From: an uncultured Poribacteria bacterium
Lineage (GTDB): Bacteria > Poribacteria > WGA-4E > WGA-3G
Direction of reading: 5' to 3'
Assembly: GCA_958296135.2 (NCBI GenBank)
Contig: CATQHZ020000001.1
Span: forward strand, 4,192,001 to 4,256,000
DNA length: 64,000 nucleotides
The notes under the pieces were generated by a model. That model worked only from the letters and a program-made list of their open reading frames with translations. It ran no database searches and was not told the origin of the DNA. A program made the position numbers and the translations under genes. This document shows, in pieces, positions 9,971-19,322 of the stretch (within the stretch, counting starts at the first letter, position 1; the number at the start of each line of letters is the position of its first letter).

Positions 9971-10792
9971 ATGTATCCAACGCTGATTGATTTCGGGCAC
10001 TTCGGTATCCACAGTTATGGACTGATGTTGGCATGCGCGTTTATCACTATCGTGTTCGTGTTGCAACATGAATTGAAGCGGCGCGGTTTTGTCTCGGAAA
10101 TCGCATCGGCCATCGTGATGGCGGCAGGAATAGGCGGCGTTGTCGGCTCGAAACTCTACTCCGCACTTCAAGACGGCCAACTCCGCTTTGACGAACTCTT
10201 CTCAACGAGTGGACTCGTCTGGTACGGCGGCTTAATCGGGGGCAGTCTCGCCGCGAGTCTCTACATCCTCCGTTCGCCGAACCCTTATTTACCGACAATC
10301 GATATAATTGGTCCGACGCTGCTACTCGGTTACGGCATCGGACGCATTGGGTGCTTTCTCGCCGGCGACGGTGACTATGGCCCACCATCAGATTTACCGT
10401 GGGCGATGGCATTCCCAAACGGCACCGTGCCGACAGATGTCCCAGTGCATCCCACACCGCTCTATGAGACCCTCATTTCGCTCGCTTTCTTCGGTATCCT
10501 ATGGACGCAACGCCGCCGAATTGAGAATACGCCCGGGGTCATGTTCGGCGCGAGTCTTGTCCTACTCGGTGTAGAAAGGTTTATCGTGGAATTTTGGCGC
10601 ATCAATCCGCCAGTACTGGCGGGATTGACAACGGCACAAGTTTTTAGCGTGTTCCTCGTCATTTTCGGCATCGGTTTTATCTTCTGGATGCGCAGCCGCC
10701 CGAAGACTGTGCCGGTGGCACCTGAAGTGGAACCGTCTGCACGGGAAGCGTCAAAAGGGAGGCCGCGGCCCCGGAAACGGCGGCGTAGGTAG
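9971..10792 (+). CDS. lgt: Prolipoprotein diacylglyceryl transferase
   Basis: WYGGLIGG, GRIGCFLAGD, HPTPLYE, RFIVEFWR; likely start MYPTL at 9971. Confidence 0.92.
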   Translation: MYPTLIDFGHFGIHSYGLMLACAFITIVFVLQHELKRRGFVSEIASAIVMAAGIGGVVGSKLYSALQDGQLRFDELFSTSGLVWYGGLIGGSLAASLYILRSPNPYLPTIDIIGPTLLLGYGIGRIGCFLAGDGDYGPPSDLPWAMAFPNGTVPTDVPVHPTPLYETLISLAFFGILWTQRRRIENTPGVMFGASLVLLGVERFIVEFWRINPPVLAGLTTAQVFSVFLVIFGIGFIFWMRSRPKTVPVAPEVEPSAREASKGRPRPRKRRRR

Positions 10793-10930
10793 GTGACATT
10801 CTTCACGCTAAGGAGCAAAACCCATGATGAATTCACAATTTGAGTTCTGGGACGACACGGAAAACTACCGTGCATGGGAAGAAAACGCAATAGCAAGCTT
10901 CCTTGAAGATGAAATGTGAGGATAGCAGAT

Positions 10931-11044
10931 GCGGGGGACAGGCCCCCGCACTACGGTGAGGTGGATTCGGTTTGAAATCGCTGCGGCGGAGAACAGGCCC
11001 CCCGCGCTACGGTATCGGCAGGCGCGGTTGCAAACCGCGCCTAC
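10931..11044 (-). repeat. Cluster of three GTAG-type REP palindromes at the left edge of the defence island
   Basis: gcgggggacaggcccccgcactac, a degenerate second copy, and ggcgcggttgcaaaccgcgcctac. Confidence 0.8.
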
Positions 11045-11051
11045 TGATACC

Positions 11052-11423
11052 CTACTCCAACTTATTCTGATTTGTCTTCGGCCGCCACGTCCGAATCAAC
11101 TCTGTCTCCAATAATAACGTCGCCGCCGCATCCCCCGTGAACTCTACCGAAAAGACAACAATCGTCCGATACAACTGCAATTGATTCCGCAATTCCACGT
11201 TCGGTTCTTCTGACGACAAATGCTCCAGCAACCGCCGACGCACGCACGTCCGAGACTCACCGACATAGACGCACTCCAGCCGCTCACTACCGCTGCGCGG
11301 CCGCCATATCGCATACACACCCCGCCGCTCTTTCGGTAACTGCGAGACCTCGGCGCGCGTATACGGACGAAACTCACGCCGCAAGTTATGTGCCACTAAA
11401 TAAGCGTTCGATGCCTCTCGCAT
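11052..11423 (-). CDS. GIY-YIG nuclease family protein
   Basis: GVYAIW...CVYVGES...RRRLLEH...LETELI...N; start ATG 11423 with GGGGG RBS. Confidence 0.8.
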   Translation of the reverse strand: MREASNAYLVAHNLRREFRPYTRAEVSQLPKERRGVYAIWRPRSGSERLECVYVGESRTCVRRRLLEHLSSEEPNVELRNQLQLYRTIVVFSVEFTGDAAATLLLETELIRTWRPKTNQNKLE

Positions 11424-11437
11424 GACGAAAGTCCCCC

Positions 11438-14250
11438 CTAGAACAAGCTGCGCTGCCGCGCCGAACGGCTCGCATCCCATATCTCTGTCCACTGCTGAAC
11501 CAACGTGTTGTAAGCCAACGCGCTCGCCGAATCGTCTAACGCCTCATAATAACTATACAACACGCGCGCCAGACGCTCCGCCGAATCCTCCTGAGCCCCC
11601 ATCGCACGAACCACCGCCGCACACGCCTGAATCCCACCGCCAACCGCCGTATCCGTCAGGTGAAATACCATCCGCTGGCACCCCTCCCACGCCGACACCT
11701 CGGCACTCAATTCCCGCTCATAATACTCATCGCGACGGAAAAGCTTCACCCGGCCGCGCGCCGCTGTCAATACCTTCTCGTGCAGATGTGCTACGTCTAC
11801 ACCCGTAGCGGTAGCCAGCAGCTGCGCCGTGCCAAAATTCCCCTCCTGATACCCGTGCTGCTTGAACCACGTCAAACAGAATTGCGTCGTCTTATCCAAC
11901 GCGCCGCTCTCCTCCTCATGATACGCGGTGATCTCGTCGTTGATAGACTTCAGTGCCTCACGGATAGGGATAATCTCCCCGCTGATGCGCATCACCTTGC
12001 TATAACGGGAATATACCTCCATGCCAGGGCCGATGGCGGCTTGCGCCAGATCTACGGGACTGATTCGTGCCGTGCGGGTAAGTCTGCGAAGCGCGTCCGG
12101 CATCGCCTTTTTCAGTTCCGCCTGAAAGTTCCGGAGGGTGATGAACGGTGCGTCTTTCGGGCGCGGCCGGCAGACGAGCACAATAGACGAGGCGAGCATG
12201 TTTTTCGTTGTCTTGAACCCTTTCGTTTGCTCAGTGCGCATGGGCCAGGTGCAGACTATCTGAAAGCCGGCGTTCACGATTGCCATCAGCATTGTTTCCC
12301 AACCGGTGGAGGTTTTGCCATCCTTTTCCTCTTCCTGCTGTTTGTAGGCATAAAAAATAGAAGAGGGAAACTCAGCGGAGCAATGTTGGCGCATCCGCAG
12401 CAGTGCCTTGCTGAGCAACTTCTCGAACCGAGTTGACGAAGCATCAAACCGCGATGGGATAGCGACTATCTCTTCCGCCTTGGGCGTTAGCATACCCGAG
12501 AACAACTCCGGATACATATCGCGAAGCAGCGGCCGGATCCACACATAGAAGAAATCCGAGAGGTCGGCGTAGTCAATATTATCGTAGTAGGGCGGATCTG
12601 TGACAAAAACGGGCCCATCGGCGGCGTGACGGGTAGTGGTTGCATCGGCTTGATACACTTCACCTTGATGCGCAGAAACTGGCAGATTCCCAATCACCTT
12701 TGCAATCCACGCCACCTGCGCCATCCAATTCTGGGTTGAAGTGGAGAAAGGATTGACTTCAGAAAAACTCCACGTCATCTGAAGTGCCTGGCGCGTGAAT
12801 GTAGGTGCGATAAAGGTGCCAGAAGGTTCCCAATACGAGAAACGGCAGTTAGTTTCAGCAGTTCTGCCAACGGCCAAAGCGAGATAGGTGCACACGGAAT
12901 CCGCGTATTTGGCTTCCGCGCCATCGTGTGTGAGACGCGTGTGAACCTCTGACAGCAAATCGCCGAAGGTATTCAAAGCGACGAGTTGCCTTTCGGTAAA
13001 AAGTTGATGCCAATGCGTAATGCCGTAGCTGCGGCCGCTCACCAAAGTTGGGTTATTTGGCATCGCTTGCCGCGGGCGCCGCTGGGATTCAGCGGACATC
13101 GCCACGTCAATATGTTCCGCTGTCGGCGCGACGAATAACTTGGGTTGTCCCTCGGCGACTATCGCTGTCATCGTTTCGCCCATCTTGCCGGCTCTCGCCT
13201 GCTCGCGGACATAATCCAATCTGACTGCGCTACCGCAGGCGATACAGTGCGCGCCTGTGCGTTGGACGGTAGGTTTAGGCATACCATCATCATCGTGATT
13301 AATATACTTATTTATTGTGAGGGGGGGGGCGAAGGCCCTTTCACCACCCACGAAATAGTATTCAATTCGCGATTAACAACGGGCTTAACCCAATGCTCAT
13401 TCCCTTTCTTTTTACAAAGGTGGAACGTTGTCATCAGCGGCTTATGCAGACCGCAGGCAGGGTTAATACACGGCACCGTGCGCGTCCACAACCATGCAAC
13501 TACAGTAGCAGAGGTCCCGTCGGGCAGCTGCACATCGGGGTAGAGATGCCCAATGCGTTTGTATGCCTCCTCGCGCATCCACGCACCATAGTAACGGATA
13601 TCGTTCGCCAGCCCTGACGTGCCTTTCCAAGAAACGCGCTCGGCATGTTTGCCTGTGCCGGCGAACATGCCGAGCGGATCTGCATCGGGATTCACCGGTT
13701 TCTGATTGTGGAACTGCGGCGGCAATTCAATCATCGCCTTTGTTATCAGCACAGGCAGCGGGTTCAAATCGGAACCGCGGGCGAGTAAGCCCAGTCGCTG
13801 CGCCTCCAGCGAGATGGAACCGCCGCCACAAAACGGATCGTAAACCGCGGGGCAGTGCTCGCCGAGGTATCGCAACACCGCATCGGGTTCCGCGGGGGCA
13901 GTCTCGCCGCGGTGACGTGCAATAGAACGGGCAATTTCATATCGCGCCGCCGCCAAGATATTCTCATCGTTGCTATTTTTCCACACAACGAGCTGCCGGA
14001 GGATACCGTGGAGTCGGTTGCGTTCTGCGCCCTGGTCGCTCTCGGTAGGAAATTCATCCTCGCAAGAGCCCGGGTCATCCACCATACTGGCAAAAATCAC
14101 AGCGCGGCATGCTGCGAGGGGTCGCCGCGCCCAATATCGGTGTAACGTTGAGGGGTGGCCATGCGTCAGGGAGGCATCCTTCGCTGACTCTCGGTTGATG
14201 GTCTCCAACGGCAGGCTCACCTCAATCAGTTTCTTTCGGTGTGTTGACAT
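11438..14250 (-). pseudogene. DUF1156 adenine DNA methyltransferase, frameshifted at a C9 tract (phase-OFF allele or homopolymer error)
   Basis: N-terminal half has LHRYWARRPLAACRA and DPFCGGGSI; C-terminal half has TDPPYYDNI. The frame breaks at G9 13321-13329, and one added C joins the halves. Confidence 0.88.
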
Positions 14251-14399
14251 ACCGGTATCTCGCTATTATCAGGACTCTTTCATTTTCGATTTCAGTTTCC
14301 GGCCTGTAAGGGTGGATTGCTATATCCGCCTGTCATCGGATGCGAACAGACAGTTATAGAAATCTGTCCTTACAGGGCTCAGTGGAGAAAGGCATCGTT

Positions 14400-15182
14400 C
14401 TAAGTTTGCGGCGGGGCATCTAACCCCAAACGTCCCCGCAGGTAGAGGCTCAATTTTTTCATCAACCGCAGATGACGCGTTGGCGAAATGGAACCGATAT
14501 AAGCTGCTGCCTTCACCGGACCGACCGGCATCCATTCCAGAAAACCGAGCCGAATCACCGATTCCGGTGCTTTCAGGTGCATGAGGTTATCGTCTTCTGG
14601 TGTGACTTTCTCGTCAAAACCTTCAATGTAGGAACGCCGTGCCGCCGCGCTTGAACTGAGGCCACAACACAAGAAACAGGCATAGTTTGATGGCAGCGTT
14701 CGATAACCTGCTGGTGCCTTGCGGAGTAAAAGCACCGGGCGCGGTTTTGCGATACGCGCTACCTTTTCCTGCAGACGCGCTGCCCGCTCTTGATATTTTG
14801 TGAGTGCTGCCGCGTAACGTTTTTGGCGTTCATACAGCGAACTCAACCGAATATAGACATCGGGGAGTTCCGCAGAGATTTCTAGCGCGCTCTCAAGCCG
14901 AAGTATTGCCGCCGGCAGGTTATCCTGCATCTCACAAAGCATTGCCACTCGGAGCAACGTCTGGATGCGGGCATGTGGTTCTTGCTCTTGGGCAAGTCGA
15001 TGCTCCTCGCTCAGCTGCAGTGTGCGAAGACGAGCCAGCGGCAGCCGCGCCAAGGCTTGCTTTTCCTGAAAGTAGGCCTGAATCCCCTTTTGAAACGCCT
15101 GTGCTTCGGCGTGGAGGGCCGCCGCCGCTTCATGCACGCCTAACGAAAGAACGATGACATCACGCGCCTTAGGTTCATGCAT
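14400..15182 (-). CDS. TPR-repeat protein fused to a C-terminal PemK/MazF-like domain
   Basis: TPR-like helices, then KPRPVLLL...LCCGLSS...GFDE...SVIRLGFL...IGSISPTRH; start overlaps the upstream stop (ATGCATGA). Confidence 0.65.
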   Translation of the reverse strand: MHEPKARDVIVLSLGVHEAAAALHAEAQAFQKGIQAYFQEKQALARLPLARLRTLQLSEEHRLAQEQEPHARIQTLLRVAMLCEMQDNLPAAILRLESALEISAELPDVYIRLSSLYERQKRYAAALTKYQERAARLQEKVARIAKPRPVLLLRKAPAGYRTLPSNYACFLCCGLSSSAAARRSYIEGFDEKVTPEDDNLMHLKAPESVIRLGFLEWMPVGPVKAAAYIGSISPTRHLRLMKKLSLYLRGRLGLDAPPQT

Positions 15183-15702
15183 CCACATCTTCTCCTGCAT
15201 CCACGGTATAGTCGGGTTCATCGTCACCATAAGCTGCCTCAATCCCGCGCGGACCGAGACGTAACAACGAATCCCACGGCTCTTCAGCATCGTCATCCCC
15301 GATGCTATAGTCGGGTTCATCGTCGCTGTAGGCCGCTACAAGTCCTCGCGGGCCGCCGCGCAGCAGCGCATCCCACGGCGCGTCCGATGTTTCTCCCTCT
15401 ATCGGCGTAACCCACGGGCTCAGCCCATTTTCCGCTTCATACTTTTCCAGGAGATTCTGAATGAAGTCTATCAACGGGGAGAAAAACTGTTGCTCATCTG
15501 CACCGATGTTAGTGATGAGCCGGTCCAACGTCATCACCAACTGTTGATACTCTTCATCCTTCAATGATGTTACGAACGGTTCTTCGGTTCCGTTGACGAA
15601 TGTGTCCACCGCTGCGGCAAGCAAGTGCGGCGCGCTATCCGTTTTAACGGTAGGCACCACACCGACAGAGTTGGGTGGCATGCGTTGGCTGTCCGTTGAC
15701 AT
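15175..15702 (-). CDS. Putative antitoxin: HigA-N-like helix pair plus a duplicated acidic AY(G/S)DDEPDY motif
   Basis: EEYQQLVMTLDRL...LLEKYE; two repeats PWDxLLRxGPRGxxAAYxDDEPDY; AAGGAG RBS. Confidence 0.6.
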   Translation of the reverse strand: MSTDSQRMPPNSVGVVPTVKTDSAPHLLAAAVDTFVNGTEEPFVTSLKDEEYQQLVMTLDRLITNIGADEQQFFSPLIDFIQNLLEKYEAENGLSPWVTPIEGETSDAPWDALLRGGPRGLVAAYSDDEPDYSIGDDDAEEPWDSLLRLGPRGIEAAYGDDEPDYTVDAGEDVDA

Positions 15703-15730
15703 GATTAACTCCTTTTGTGTCGTTCTAAGT

Positions 15731-15759
15731 AGTATACCATGCAAAAGTGGTATCGTCAA
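15731..15759 (-). promoter_or_regulatory. Promoter with an overlapping palindromic operator for the TA-like pair
   Basis: TTGACG-17 nt-TATACT; inverted repeat ATACCA-N8-TGGTAT spans the spacer. Confidence 0.7.
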
Positions 15760-15775
15760 AAAAAGCGGAGGCACC

Positions 15776-18700
15776 TTATCCTTGGAATTCGGCACCGAGT
15801 TCCGCGCTGTTATTTTTCACAGAACGCGCGGTGTTCTCCGAGAACCCATCGGCCTTGTCTGCCGTGACGATAACCTCCACAGTCACCTCGCCGCCATCGT
15901 CGTGCAAAGCGCGGGCAATCTCACTCTGTAGGAATTCGATATCCTCCCTGAAATCTATCTCCAATTGCAGCGTTTTAGTGACGACAACGCGCCTCGGCCC
16001 GGTCATCTCTGCGGAGTCGGCCTCTGGGAGCACTCTCACCAGCGGTTCTTCGGGCTCCGGTTCAGGAACCGGCTCCTCCATCAGCAATTTCGCCATTTCG
16101 GGACTTATCAGCACGGCGGCACTCCCCTCGCCTATTCTGACAGCTCCCGACACCGGTTCGAGAAACCGGTGGTTTACGTAGTTTCCATCTTCATACGCCT
16201 GTGCGTATCCGAAGTGACCCTCCGCCACCCCGGCTCGGATGCATCGGATGAGGACATCCGGGCTTTTCAGGCGTGGCATGTAAAGGTGACGCGCCATGAA
16301 CTCCCAAAGCGTATCCAGCACAATATGCTCCTGATAATTCTCGCTGGACCAGATATATCGGCTCAGCATGTCTGCGAATAACGCCGGTGCCATATCCGTG
16401 ATGATTGTCTCGTCCTTTTCAAACTGTTTGCGCGCATGCCAGAGAATCCGGCCATCATCGGGGCTAATCTCCGTTTCAGTGATGTGGTATTCATCCTTCC
16501 TCGGGTTCTCTTGCGATGGCACCAACAAACGTCGATACGTCTTGAACAACCGCTCCCTCGCCGCATCGTCAGTTACCTGCACATTATCTACCGTCTGGTC
16601 AAAGCGCGCATCTTTCAGGTTTGGCACAGCGGAGTAGAGTTCGTGCCCGTTGAGGATAGAATCCCAAGCGAGGTAGCTTCTGACGATATTTTCCAACTCT
16701 CGGATATTGCCGCGCCGCGCGCCGATGAAGAGAAGCGTATTCCGATAGGCGCGCTGCGTCTCGTCAGAACCGCGGTACCGGAGAATATGCTCCACTTCCG
16801 CCCGCGCCGTATCCGAATCTGTGTGCCGGCTCGGTAGAAGGCGATGCGGCGGCAAAATCACAATCTGGAGCCTATCCGAATCCGGCACCTCCCGCGGCGA
16901 TGTCGGACAGACGTGAGCCCCCGGGTCCCTCCCCACAGTTTTATTCAGCATCTCAATGATATGTCCATGCACATCTCCCTCCGTGAATCCCTTCGACCGG
17001 TCGACTGCCACCTTAGTGAGGTTTTCCTCGGCGTGGAAATAATACCGGTCGTCCAGATTATAGAGGAAATAGAGCGCGTTGCTCATGCGGTGGAGCGCGT
17101 CGTTGTAAACCGAAACGCTCTGCCCCGGCAGCACGGTGCCGAGGTGAATGCTCCGGATATTAATGCCTTTGACGGCACCACTCGGCGCGCTGCCGAAGAA
17201 TACCGTGCGCGCAACGCGCCGCGCCGCCCCACCCATATCAAGAAACGATTGACTCGCGCTGTCAATCCGGTCTGTCAAACCACCATCGCTATCAACTTCG
17301 GTGATGACAGGAGGCCACTGGCCGCCTTGGCGGCTCAGCAGCCCCGTAAATTCGTCCGCAAGCGACGGATCGCTCAAGGTGAGGTCTGCAGGCATTATCA
17401 TCGGCGAACGGTTCTCCCGCTGATAGAGGCGGCTAATACAATTCGCCATGATGCGCAGGACACCGCGCGTACGCTGGAAACCGGGCACAGCACCCCAATC
17501 CGAATGGAGCCTGTCGAAGACCTCGGGATGAATCGGGTAGCAGTCCTTCATCCGCTGAAGGTATTTTGCATCGCTGACATTGTCGGGGTATTCACGGCGC
17601 GCATTCTGGTAGTGCTTTCGGAACGCCTCACACGTCAAATCGCGAGCATCCTCGTCAATCTCGCTGCCGAACAGCCGGCGGCGCACCACCTCAAACGCCT
17701 CGTTAATCTCTAACGGTGCCCAGACGTTCTCAATCCGTTCAAAGATTTCCTCAACAACGTTCGCTTCCTGGCCCGCGTCTTCTTCCTTACCGCTCTCGTC
17801 AGGGCGAATGTCTATATCCGCCTGTTCCGCCAGGAGTTCCTCGAGTTTCTGGAGTGCCTCGTTGCCGGCTGCCGCGCCTGCCTGCGTCTGGCTCTCTGGC
17901 AACGTCACAACCAGCGCGATGTGCTCACAGCGGCGCACCGACTCGGTCAGCGTCTGGAGGAAGGTATAGATGCTATCTTGCGTAACACCTGTGACATTGC
18001 GGACATACGCAACCAGCTCATCGATTAAGATGACAGACGGACCGACTTTCTCAAAGAGAGCATCCAACTGCTTGCCACCGGGGGAGATGCCCTGCCGCGC
18101 CGCTTCACCGATGATGTCGTAAGCATCTTGTCCGCCAAGTTGATTCGCCATCATGCCCCAGAGGGTGTTGAGCGGCTCGCCGCGCTTTGTCGCATCGGCA
18201 TCCGTGGTGGAGAGGTAAGTGCCGACAAGCACAGAGACGTTTGCATCGATACCCATCGCCGGATGCCATTCGGCTTCCTGCATGATGTCGTGAATTTCCG
18301 CGCGCAGGCGGGCGTATGTGTCTTCCGGCAGCGTGGTGAGAATTTCCGCACTCGTCACGAGGTGATAGAGCGCAATGAGGCTGTGCGTCTTGCCACCGCC
18401 GAACCCTGTCTTCATCTGGATAACTGGTTCGCCGCCCTGGTTTCCGCTGAGCCGCCGCAAAGTATTAACGATTAATCCGCGGAGCCCCGGCGTAATGTAC
18501 GTTTGGTTGAAAAAAATCTCCGCCTCGCCGTACTCCGCCGTCTTCGCTCTGCCTTCGTAGACTTCCTGCAAGTCCGCCGCGAATTCGGATTTCCGGAAGG
18601 TGCCGGTGATGACATCCTCGTTGGGACGAATCACATCTCGCCAAGCGGGAAGCTCGACACCCTTTCTCCGGTTTTTTGTTTTTCGCACAGCATTGTTTGG

Positions 18701-19195
18701 CTGCTTCTGTCCTGATGACGTTGGATTAGCAGACCGGATTGACGTTGTCAATGCTGGCATGTCTGTCCCCTTTTGTTGTTTTTCGTGCTCTTCGATGAGA
18801 TTATCACGTATCCCCTCAACTTGTTGTCTTTCGATGGGACAATTGATTGCGCCAAGCATATAGGCAATATCATTGAGGCGCGCGCGGGTATCCTCCCGGT
18901 CCAAGTCGCCTGCCCCGGGGTGCGCCGAGAGGTTCCGCGCGTCCGCTATCATGCCGACACGGCTGCGGATATCCCGCTCGGTGTTGAACTGCAGCGCGAA
19001 GACATCGTCCCAATATCTCCTGATGCAGTGTGCGAAATCGCCCACATCTAACGGACTCCTCTCTTCGGAGAGCTCTTCCACCGTCGTGCCGCGAACCTGC
19101 TTGAGACACCGCCTCAGGAACGGGCGCATCGCCTCGCGATAGATGTTCAGCGCGCGATTGAGGGTTTCTTGGTTCGGGTATTTGGATTGATTCAC
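15776..19195 (-). CDS. Swt1-like HEPN + DUF499 AAA+ ATPase
   Basis: HEPN motif RNLSAH; WRDVIRP..D...EFAADL; TGFGGGKTHSLIALYH; LIDELV; YPIHPE; FQRTRGVLR. GTG 19195 with AGGAGG RBS is the likely start. Confidence 0.9.
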   Translation of the reverse strand: MNQSKYPNQETLNRALNIYREAMRPFLRRCLKQVRGTTVEELSEERSPLDVGDFAHCIRRYWDDVFALQFNTERDIRSRVGMIADARNLSAHPGAGDLDREDTRARLNDIAYMLGAINCPIERQQVEGIRDNLIEEHEKQQKGTDMPALTTSIRSANPTSSGQKQPNNAVRKTKNRRKGVELPAWRDVIRPNEDVITGTFRKSEFAADLQEVYEGRAKTAEYGEAEIFFNQTYITPGLRGLIVNTLRRLSGNQGGEPVIQMKTGFGGGKTHSLIALYHLVTSAEILTTLPEDTYARLRAEIHDIMQEAEWHPAMGIDANVSVLVGTYLSTTDADATKRGEPLNTLWGMMANQLGGQDAYDIIGEAARQGISPGGKQLDALFEKVGPSVILIDELVAYVRNVTGVTQDSIYTFLQTLTESVRRCEHIALVVTLPESQTQAGAAAGNEALQKLEELLAEQADIDIRPDESGKEEDAGQEANVVEEIFERIENVWAPLEINEAFEVVRRRLFGSEIDEDARDLTCEAFRKHYQNARREYPDNVSDAKYLQRMKDCYPIHPEVFDRLHSDWGAVPGFQRTRGVLRIMANCISRLYQRENRSPMIMPADLTLSDPSLADEFTGLLSRQGGQWPPVITEVDSDGGLTDRIDSASQSFLDMGGAARRVARTVFFGSAPSGAVKGINIRSIHLGTVLPGQSVSVYNDALHRMSNALYFLYNLDDRYYFHAEENLTKVAVDRSKGFTEGDVHGHIIEMLNKTVGRDPGAHVCPTSPREVPDSDRLQIVILPPHRLLPSRHTDSDTARAEVEHILRYRGSDETQRAYRNTLLFIGARRGNIRELENIVRSYLAWDSILNGHELYSAVPNLKDARFDQTVDNVQVTDDAARERLFKTYRRLLVPSQENPRKDEYHITETEISPDDGRILWHARKQFEKDETIITDMAPALFADMLSRYIWSSENYQEHIVLDTLWEFMARHLYMPRLKSPDVLIRCIRAGVAEGHFGYAQAYEDGNYVNHRFLEPVSGAVRIGEGSAAVLISPEMAKLLMEEPVPEPEPEEPLVRVLPEADSAEMTGPRRVVVTKTLQLEIDFREDIEFLQSEIARALHDDGGEVTVEVIVTADKADGFSENTARSVKNNSAELGAEFQG

Positions 19196-19278
19196 GTTTT
19201 TCGTCCTCCTACAATAGGCGATTTTTGGGAATTGTATCAAAATTGTTTTTTGTATGAAGAAAAAACGTCCCGCAGCAC

Positions 19279-19302
19279 GTAGGGCGAGGGCCTGTCCCTC
19301 GC
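19279..19302 (+). repeat. Single GTAG REP between the STAND and DUF499 genes
   Basis: gtagggcgagggcctgtccctcgc. Confidence 0.8.
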
Positions 19303-19322
19303 TATGCACTCCGAGCCCCGCA

